Assembly: GCA_030141605.1 (NCBI GenBank)
Contig: JAQGDQ010000103.1
Location: 558,641 to 622,640 of the forward strand
Length of the DNA: 64,000 nt
Source: Tubiluchus corallicola
Lineage: Eukaryota > Animalia > Priapulida
Reading direction: 5' to 3'
The notes beneath the pieces are model-generated. The model was not told the DNA's origin. It was given only the letters and a program-made list of their open reading frames with translations, and made no database searches. The translations under genes and the position numbers were made by a program. Positions 56,867 through 64,000 of the stretch are shown one piece after another. The stretch's first letter is position 1. Every line of letters begins with the position of its first letter.

Positions 56867-59800
56867 TCATTTCTTAAGTCTCGGATTACGTATTCGATGT
56901 GCAGTAGGGTCTTCATAGATGAAGTTTCCATAGTGGGTTGTAGGTTGTCTTGACCTGCGGGAGTAAGGTCGGGGAGGACTGGACGGCAACTGGACGTCAA
57001 CGGCTGCATTGGCTTCCAAAAAGGTTAGTGGTGTGCTAGAATGGGTCTCGCTTGATACGAGAACAGGATTAATAGAAGTTGGAGAGAGAACAGGATCCGG
57101 TAACGTAGGTTGTGAGGTTACATTATGATTGGATTGAAACGATTTGGGTTGTCTATCAACAGTTTTTCTATTGTTTATTTCAAGATTACACTCAACATTG
57201 CTCCTAGAATGGTTCACCTTGGTAGACTGCTCGCCCGAAAGAGGCGTGCGTACACTATCGCCGGCCTTTTCAGAGGAGTCCTCAGCAATTGCTGAACTGG
57301 AGCTACCAGGAAGCCATTCGTTAATGAGTTGTCGAGTTGATTCGTCGGGAATAAATTCAGCAGAGTCGGCTGTGTCAAGTAAATTAAGAGTGGTTGAGCC
57401 TGGAAAATCAACTCTTTTGGGAGTGGATGTTCGTGGTTTTGGTATAGGTGGAGAGAAGGTGGGCAATGAAAGCCGTACATCACCGTTGGATGAATTGTCA
57501 TGGGGAAGGGAAAGTGGATCACGAATAGGAGTTAAGGCTGGCATGGAGGAATTAAGTAGTTCTGGAATTTGGGCTGGAAAACTCGATGCATTTTCATTGT
57601 GCTCATCATTATAATCAGCTATTCTGCATGGTGAATATGGAGGTGGCGGCAATCCGAAAGAATCGAGAGATACAGAACGATCAACTGCTGTCAGCTGTGG
57701 CTCGAGTTCAATGTTCTGTTCAGTTTTAGATTTATCGATACCCGATGGATCGGCATTGAATTTATCGGCACTAACTTCAGGATCAAGGCTATAAGTTACT
57801 GTAGCTTGGCTGTCAGATAATTCATTGAGTGAAGGCGTTTCACCAGGTGTCCAGGAAAATCCAGTGGCTGGCGTATAACGCCACAGACGATCTGCGTGAA
57901 CAATTTTGCATCTTTGTCTTGGTCCCGGCAAACGTATACGATAGACAACATCTGAGAGACGTGTTATGATTTCATAAGGTCCCTGCCAATCAGACTGAAG
58001 CTTTGGACTGCGACCGATTTTACGCTGAGGATTAAAAAACCAAACTTTTTCCCCAACAGAAAATTGAACATAACGAGAACGGACATTATAGCGTCTACGC
58101 ATTGTTTCATGAGAAATGCGGAGGTTTTCTCTGATGAAATGGTGAACGTCATGTAGACGATTCTCAAGATTTTTAACATACTGGACGACAGTACTTGAAT
58201 CAATGTTTGAAGGTGGGCGTCCTGTTAATAGATCAAGAGGCAGCCTTAATTCTCTACCAAACATGGCTTGAGCAGGGGTAAATCCAGTTGAGTCATGTAC
58301 AGCCGATCGGTATGAAAGCAAAAACAAAGGAATCTTTTCATCCCAATCACGCTGGTGGGCACTACTGAATTGCGCAAGCTGTCGGGAAATGGTCCTTATA
58401 AAGCGCTCGCACATTCCATCGCTTTTTGGGTTAAGCGCAGTCGTTCGAGTTTTCTCAATACCCATAAGATTACAGCATTGCTGAAAGATCTTACTTTCAA
58501 AATTTCGGCCTTGGTCTGAATGAATTTCGTTTGGTAACCCAAATCGGCAAAGGAAATTGTTTACCAATACTGTAGCTATAGTCTCGGCTTCTTGGTTCGG
58601 TAAGGGATAGCATTCTGGCCATTTTGTGAAATAATCCATTGCAACTAATATGTATTTGTTGTTAGAATTAGACAACGGGAAAGGACCTGCCACGTCAATG
58701 GCGATTCGTTCCATAGGCGCGCCCACACGGTATAGTTGTAAAGGTGCACGAGGTTTTCGCTGCGGCCCCTTTTTCTTGCAACAAATTTCGCAAGTTCGCG
58801 TCCATATTTCAACATCTTGTCGCATTCCCGGCCAAAAGAAGCGCTGCCGCAGTAAATCGAGAGTTTTGTTTTGTCCAAAATGGCCTGCAGTTGGAGATGA
58901 ATGCATTTCCGTTAAAACTTTTTCGCGAAAAGCGCGAGAGACTAACCATTGCCAGCGAGTAAGACTCCCTTCAGGGCTTTCCCATTTCCGCTGCAAAATG
59001 CCATCTCTTAAACGCAGTGTGTCCCAATGCGCTAAAACCGCTTTAGCTTCTCTGCTAAGGGGTGATCGCTGTTCCCATGTTGGTTTTTCGCTTGACGTTT
59101 CAAGAAACGCTATGACTGGTGCTAGATCTTTATCATTTAATTGACGTTCTTTAAAATGTAATTCAGTATCACGCAAAGTTGTACCAACTTTGACAAATTT
59201 TGCCGGTTCAGTGATTTCTGGCTTCACACATCTTGATGCCTGATTAATTTCGCTGTCAATTTTACTTCTCCAGGCTGGCTGTAAGGCATTTTTGCTATTT
59301 TCAGCTTCTGAATTGTTAGCTGTTCTCAGAGTTTCAAATTTTATTTCACGTTTGTTGCAATGAGAGCATTCGTGTTTGCATGGCCGTCTAGACAGCGTGT
59401 CTGCATTCGCGTGACTTTTACCGGGCCTATGCTCTATCTTGTACTGATATTGGTCCAATTTCGCAAGCCATCGAGCTAATTGGCCTTCAGGGCGCTTAAG
59501 CGTGTGAAGCCAGCGAAGTGCCGCATGGTCGGTACGTATAGAAAAGGGTTTTCCGTAAAGATAGTGATGGAAGTTGGTCACCCCTTTTATCACGGCCAGG
59601 AGTTCACGTCTAGTAGCACAGTAATTGCGTTCTGAAGGGTTAAGTATTTGACTGTAATAGGCAATTACACGTTCGTGTCCATTTTGGACTTGAGAGAGTA
59701 CAGCACCGATGGCGACATTACTAGCATCGGTGTCAAGTATGAAATCTCTATCGAACTGAGGATAAGCCAGTACAGGAGAGGAAGTAAGCAAGGCTTTAAG

Positions 59801-60787
59801 TCTCTCAAAAGACTGCTGCTGGTCTTGCTGCCACAAGAAAGGTTGATGTTTACGAGTTAGTTCGTGCAGTGGAGCAGCTATTTTTGCAAAGTCCTTGATG
59901 AAGCGCCTGTAGTAGGTACAAAGGCCAAGAAAACTACGTAGCTCAGTCAAGTTTGTTGGTATAGGCCATTTCGCTACTGCATCAGTTTTTGCAGGATCGG
60001 TGTGTACTCCTTGGGAACTGACAATGTGTCCAAGGTAGGCTACCTGCTTTTGTGTAAGTAGACATTTCTCAGCGTTAAGTTTAAGTCCGGCTGCTTGGAA
60101 GCGAGTGAAGACCTCTTGTAGACGCTCCAAGTGTTCGTCAAAGGTGTGGCCATAAACTATCACGTCATCGAGGTAGATTAGTAGGGTACGCCAATGAAGA
60201 CCAGTCAGGACCTGCTCCATAAGGCGTTCGAAAGTCGCTGGCGCATTCGTCAGGCCAAAAGGCATAGCCTTGAATTGCCAGAGGCCTCTATGTGTAATAA
60301 AAGCCGTCTTCTCCTTGTCGTTAGGGTGCATTTCGACCTGGTGATACCCAGATTTCAAGTCAAGGGTGGAAAACCATTCAGAGCCTGATAGTGCATCTAT
60401 CGAGTCATCTATGCGGGGTAAAGGATAACTGTCTTTGATGGTAATTGCATTTAGGGCTCTATAATCAATGCAGCATCTAGTGCCCCCGTTTTTCTTTCGG
60501 ACTAAAACCACTGCAGATGACCACGGGCTACACGAAGGCTCGATCACACCTTGAGCTTCCATCTCTTTCATAGCTGCATCAAGCTGCTTGCGCTGCGTTT
60601 CACCGAGCCGCCGCGGTTGCACTTTAATTGGCGCATGATTGCCAGTGTTGATGGTGTGCTGGACCACGTTGGTCCGGCCGATATCTGCTGGTCCAGAATA
60701 AAATAGCTGGTTGTTTTTCAAGAGAAAGGCGTGTAAACGCTTAAGCTGTTTACTAGATAGATGCTCTTTACTTTTCTCGAGCAAATT
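56867..60787 (-). CDS. pol: Pol: reverse transcriptase, RNase H, integrase and long S/P-rich tail
   Basis: YPLPRID, MPFGL, YLDD, DTDAS, TDHAAL, H-H-C-C zinc finger, IAID/HSDQG/GMCER (DDE), WQGPY. Confidence 0.96.
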   Translation of the reverse strand, partial: NLLEKSKEHLSSKQLKRLHAFLLKNNQLFYSGPADIGRTNVVQHTINTGNHAPIKVQPRRLGETQRKQLDAAMKEMEAQGVIEPSCSPWSSAVVLVRKKNGGTRCCIDYRALNAITIKDSYPLPRIDDSIDALSGSEWFSTLDLKSGYHQVEMHPNDKEKTAFITHRGLWQFKAMPFGLTNAPATFERLMEQVLTGLHWRTLLIYLDDVIVYGHTFDEHLERLQEVFTRFQAAGLKLNAEKCLLTQKQVAYLGHIVSSQGVHTDPAKTDAVAKWPIPTNLTELRSFLGLCTYYRRFIKDFAKIAAPLHELTRKHQPFLWQQDQQQSFERLKALLTSSPVLAYPQFDRDFILDTDASNVAIGAVLSQVQNGHERVIAYYSQILNPSERNYCATRRELLAVIKGVTNFHHYLYGKPFSIRTDHAALRWLHTLKRPEGQLARWLAKLDQYQYKIEHRPGKSHANADTLSRRPCKHECSHCNKREIKFETLRTANNSEAENSKNALQPAWRSKIDSEINQASRCVKPEITEPAKFVKVGTTLRDTELHFKERQLNDKDLAPVIAFLETSSEKPTWEQRSPLSREAKAVLAHWDTLRLRDGILQRKWESPEGSLTRWQWLVSRAFREKVLTEMHSSPTAGHFGQNKTLDLLRQRFFWPGMRQDVEIWTRTCEICCKKKGPQRKPRAPLQLYRVGAPMERIAIDVAGPFPLSNSNNKYILVAMDYFTKWPECYPLPNQEAETIATVLVNNFLCRFGLPNEIHSDQGRNFESKIFQQCCNLMGIEKTRTTALNPKSDGMCERFIRTISRQLAQFSSAHQRDWDEKIPLFLLSYRSAVHDSTGFTPAQAMFGRELRLPLDLLTGRPPSNIDSSTVVQYVKNLENRLHDVHHFIRENLRISHETMRRRYNVRSRYVQFSVGEKVWFFNPQRKIGRSPKLQSDWQGPYEIITRLSDVVYRIRLPGPRQRCKIVHADRLWRYTPATGFSWTPGETPSLNELSDSQATVTYSLDPEVSADKFNADPSGIDKSKTEQNIELEPQLTAVDRSVSLDSFGLPPPPYSPCRIADYNDEHNENASSFPAQIPELLNSSMPALTPIRDPLSLPHDNSSNGDVRLSLPTFSPPIPKPRTSTPKRVDFPGSTTLNLLDTADSAEFIPDESTRQLINEWLPGSSSSAIAEDSSEKAGDSVRTPLSGEQSTKVNHSRSNVECNLEINNRKTVDRQPKSFQSNHNVTSQPTLPDPVLSPTSINPVLVSSETHSSTPLTFLEANAAVDVQLPSSPPRPYSRRSRQPTTHYGNFIYEDPTAHRIRNPRLKK

Positions 60788-61678
60788 TCAAACAGGTTCA
60801 GATAGATGGGTGCATTTGTTTAATTTTATAATAGCAGGAAAACCATTGCGTTTTTGAACGGGTTTAGGTTCGAGTGGTTCAGGAAGTTCTTGCACAACTT
60901 CCCACCGACCAATCACTTCATTAACTGGTATAGTCACAGGTTTAGGTGACAAATTTGCAAGCAATGTTTTAACAGTATTTGCACCAGGGGGTGCAGTTAC
61001 ACGGCCAGTTAAAACACCTTCCCGACAGAAAAAGTCATGATTTACACGGGTAATCATGCCTGTGGCAAGTGGCAACGGCACAGCTGGTCTACCTTCTAGT
61101 ACAGTTTCAGAGAATGGAGGCAAAATTATTTGGTTTACATTTAAAATATCAGTAGTACCGTTCGCTAAGGGAAAAATTTTAACAAACTGACCGTCTGGGA
61201 AAATCAATAAATTTTTAGCGGTGTTCACGCTAACATGATTAGCACGAAGCCAATCCAGGCCAAGCACACAATCATCACCTACAATGTCATTCGAAAGCCA
61301 AACCGGTACTGCGCCAGACCACATTTCCGGTTCATTGCCAAGTTGCAAAGAAACATTAACTGGGCCACGCAATTCAAGCTCAGATCCGTTTGCGCTTAAA
61401 GCTTTGCGATTTTCTAATAAAATTTCTTCAGTTGGTAAGGAAAGAAATTCTTTTCTTACTGTTGTCTGACTCGCACCAGTGTCAACTAAAATGCGACAAA
61501 CACGACCGTTTATTGAGCCGCGCACATACAAACCAAGCGCAGGTTGCTTATAAGCGTTTTTGTTACGAACCGACGCAGAATAATTAATGGTGTAATGCGA
61601 TGTGGGTGCTCCTATGGAGACTGCTCGTCTAGTGCGAGTGGCTGGCTGTCTCCTTCTCCTGCCACCCGCTTTTAAAAA
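60788..61678 (-). CDS. Aspartic protease region; same frame as pol, -1 relative to gag, ends in TGA
   Basis: ILVDTGAS and VLGLDWL motifs; frame is open from the gag overlap to TGA at 60790-60788. Confidence 0.88.
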   Translation of the reverse strand, partial: FLKAGGRRRRQPATRTRRAVSIGAPTSHYTINYSASVRNKNAYKQPALGLYVRGSINGRVCRILVDTGASQTTVRKEFLSLPTEEILLENRKALSANGSELELRGPVNVSLQLGNEPEMWSGAVPVWLSNDIVGDDCVLGLDWLRANHVSVNTAKNLLIFPDGQFVKIFPLANGTTDILNVNQIILPPFSETVLEGRPAVPLPLATGMITRVNHDFFCREGVLTGRVTAPPGANTVKTLLANLSPKPVTIPVNEVIGRWEVVQELPEPLEPKPVQKRNGFPAIIKLNKCTHLSEPV

Positions 61679-63660
61679 TGCGAACGCCCACGACCGAAGT
61701 TGTTGTAATTAGCTGTTGAATGGTAATAATTTTGGGGGGTAGTCCCAGTACATGGATAATTTTGCCCCATATTTGCAGAAAAACCATTGTTTTGGCAAAA
61801 ATTATTAGAAAATTGTGCTCTATGGCGAGTTGGTTGGCCTGTCCAACTATGGGGAGGGGAAGAGCACTGTCTCGCTAAATGCCCAAAACCACCACAATTA
61901 TAACAAACTGGGCCTGAACCACGACCCGTAGGTTTAGCAGACTTATTCTGGCCAACATTTGAAACTCTGCCGTGTTTTTCAGGGGTGCGATTAAGAGCAG
62001 ATTTGCTAACGTCGTTATTTGGGCTTTTGGATTTCGAACTGGGGGGCGAGGTAACAGGTAGGTGCTGAACCTTAATCGAGCTTTTGCTTGGGGGTTCGTT
62101 TTCTGTTACTCGTTTAGACGTAGCCCGAATGGACTCAACTGTAAGTGCGGTAGCTAAAGCACTTGCGAGATCAGGCGGTACACTTTGCTGAATGTGTATT
62201 GCTAACTCAGAATCCATTAAACCATCTACGAATTTATGAATTAGCTGTTGCTCAGCAGTTTTTGTATCAACGGTTGGAAATGCACGATGATAAAGAACGC
62301 GCAATTGCTCAGCGTATTGCCTTAAATCTTCCCCAGTGTGGCGTACTCTGGCGTTATAATGCGCACGATAAACGCTCTCTCTATTTTGATAGCCGTATCT
62401 ACGACAAAGAGCCGACGAAAGGACATCATAGTTGGACCTTTGCGCCTCTGGAATGACTTCCAGCACGCCCGCAGCACTCCCTTTTAATTTTAATGCTAAT
62501 CGCGCACCAGCCTCGGTGTTGTCCCAGCCATTAGCCCGACGGAGAAGCTGGAACTGTGCCTCAAAACTTTCCCAAGACACTGTCTCGCCATCAAAAGGTG
62601 GTAGACCTCGGAGTGCCTTTTCACCGAGCCGCCCCATGCTGATGTCACTCGCCATGTTTACCGCAGCATTATCGACATTTTGTGCCACGGTGCTGGTTGC
62701 CAAACCTGTTTGTGCAGTAGAACAACCGGAAGTCCGCAAAATGGGCTCGAAAGACTGGTCTAGATTGCTTAGGCCAGTTTCAAAACGTACACGTGGGGTG
62801 GAGCCAGAAGGACCATTTTGAATCTGGCTAGACCCTTGATTTTGATGCTGCGCGTCAGCAGTGTCAGTATTCGCCATTACAGGGGTAGAACCCAAAAGAG
62901 GCTTCTTTGCCAAAATACCACCTGTTGTAGGCGTCTCTGGTTCGCGACATGCGGTAAAATCCAAAATGGCACTAAAAATTGCCTGAGGCAGCGTAGCAAC
63001 CACATTTCTCAGGTCTTGAAAACTCTCAGAAATACTAGACAACTGTTGTCTGATTTGACACAGTTGTCTGATTTGATAAGTATCTGACGCGAAATTTTGC
63101 CGAAAATTTTGATTACTTGGACTAACTCGCGTGCCCAATGCTGCATTTGGATCGCTAGCCGCGTGCCCTGAAAGAAAATCAATATTAGACATGCCCCAAG
63201 TACTCGCGCTAGGCTGGGAAGCGGAATGTTGTGAAGTAGCAGGTAGCAAAGGTAGCTGACCTTGGCTTTGCCTACTTGAACATTCAGATGGCTTCGCTGC
63301 ATGCTTTTCAGTACAAGGGTTATGCACAGGGCAAGTAACAAAAGGATTAGTTGTATTACAAGCACAGATCGACAATACATCCTCATTATTAGTACAACTA
63401 ACATCAAAACTATAGCAATGTTCCGTAGAATCTAAGGCAGTGCCCCTTAATTCTTGACCATTAGAAGAATACACACTCTGTTCTAATAGAAAATCGGCAA
63501 GCTGACGGTGTTGTAACCGTTCTAAGTCAACATCAACCGCAGTACAATAATCGGAATGCCCAGATGAGGGTAACATCCCACTTGTTCTGACACCAGTGGA
63601 CTGCTCTCCGCTTTTAGTGGAAGCAGAACGGATGGCATCGCGGCCTACACTGTGCGGCAT
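61672..63660 (-). CDS. gag: Gag with capsid-like region and CCHC zinc knuckle
   Basis: FDGETVSWESFEAQF, LKGSA, KFVDGL, CYNCGGFGHLARQC; the first ATG lies in the 5' LTR. Confidence 0.92.
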   Translation of the reverse strand: MPHSVGRDAIRSASTKSGEQSTGVRTSGMLPSSGHSDYCTAVDVDLERLQHRQLADFLLEQSVYSSNGQELRGTALDSTEHCYSFDVSCTNNEDVLSICACNTTNPFVTCPVHNPCTEKHAAKPSECSSRQSQGQLPLLPATSQHSASQPSASTWGMSNIDFLSGHAASDPNAALGTRVSPSNQNFRQNFASDTYQIRQLCQIRQQLSSISESFQDLRNVVATLPQAIFSAILDFTACREPETPTTGGILAKKPLLGSTPVMANTDTADAQHQNQGSSQIQNGPSGSTPRVRFETGLSNLDQSFEPILRTSGCSTAQTGLATSTVAQNVDNAAVNMASDISMGRLGEKALRGLPPFDGETVSWESFEAQFQLLRRANGWDNTEAGARLALKLKGSAAGVLEVIPEAQRSNYDVLSSALCRRYGYQNRESVYRAHYNARVRHTGEDLRQYAEQLRVLYHRAFPTVDTKTAEQQLIHKFVDGLMDSELAIHIQQSVPPDLASALATALTVESIRATSKRVTENEPPSKSSIKVQHLPVTSPPSSKSKSPNNDVSKSALNRTPEKHGRVSNVGQNKSAKPTGRGSGPVCYNCGGFGHLARQCSSPPHSWTGQPTRHRAQFSNNFCQNNGFSANMGQNYPCTGTTPQNYYHSTANYNNFGRGRSHF
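63575..63595 (-). other. Primer-binding site, tRNA-Leu type, with 3-nt insertion
   Basis: TGGTGTCAGAACAAGTGGGAT, 1 nt after the LTR; the expected tRNA-Leu complement is TGGTGTCAGAAGTGGGAT. Confidence 0.85.
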
Positions 63661-64000
63661 GACTCAAAGACAAAAACCAAAATGAATAAAATAAAAATGA
63701 CGATTTATTACCCAAAAAAATAAACGTTCCAGACAGCTTACCGAATGGAGCAAACAGAAAGCCTGATGAAGTGCGAACAAAGCTGAGATGAGATCAGACG
63801 CCCACTGACCACTGACAAGGATCTACAGCAGACCTACCCTTTTTATAAGCTCAGGTGTGCACGTGACTAGTGGCTCCCACTAACACAAGGTCAGAATAAG
63901 AATCTATGTGCTAGTTAAAGCCACGTTCACACGCACACCTGAGAAGTCTGCTGTATTCCCCTGCCAGTATTACACTACCTCATCACAGCCCTGCAGTACA
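63597..64000 (-). repeat. 5' LTR (404 bp)
   Basis: TG...CA termini; TATAAAA at ~63847-63841; AATAAA at 63709-63704. Confidence 0.95.

Larger units (their letters stand above)
54686..64000 (-). mobile_element. Full-length Ty3/Gypsy LTR retrotransposon (~9.3 kb)
   Basis: Two LTRs with TG...CA ends, PBS, PPT, and gag-PR-RT-RH-IN order. TSD untestable because the 5' LTR ends at the window edge (left flank GATAT). Confidence 0.97.

Noticed and set aside
57144-63087. Plus-strand ORFs antisense to gag/pol
   Set aside because: Expected shadows of long coding frames; no motifs.
63750-63800. CTGATGA in the 5' LTR as a hammerhead ribozyme core
   Set aside because: No stem II followed by GAAA and no closing stems; antisense to the element and absent from the other LTR.

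Overview
AT-rich, intron-containing animal (probably invertebrate) genomic DNA; the organism cannot be named from this window. Exons were reconstructed by hand from GT-AG sites and reading phase. Host genes: (1) a + strand terminal exon encoding a Gly/Ser/Tyr 12-aa repeat protein with a basic tail (3229-3819); (2) a complete 3-exon Vax homeobox gene (minus, 9346-19356); (3) a frameshifted SLC5A sodium:solute symporter pseudogene with one intron, which carries a 5'-truncated LINE (minus, ~31303-35829); (4) a complete 8-exon serine beta-lactamase-fold hydrolase gene (minus, 37218-47100); (5) a divergent multi-exon pentraxin-domain gene largely missed by the ORF track (minus, ~50187-54363). The last 9.3 kb is a full-length Ty3/Gypsy LTR retrotransposon (minus, 54686-64000). 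It has an unusual layout: the gag ORF opens inside the LTR and crosses a PBS with a 3-nt insertion, there is a candidate non-canonical -1 frameshift, a lone TGA lies between protease and RT, the LTRs diverge in one block, and a 1.8-kb 3' region is non-coding. The rest is TTAA-flanked Kolobok-like MITEs, hAT/Harbinger/pogo-like remnants, LINE and SINE fragments, many long microsatellites, and a cluster of RFX X-box-like motifs upstream of Vax. I found no CRISPR array, rRNA or intact tRNA, and no clearly new multi-gene system; the findings are hypotheses.
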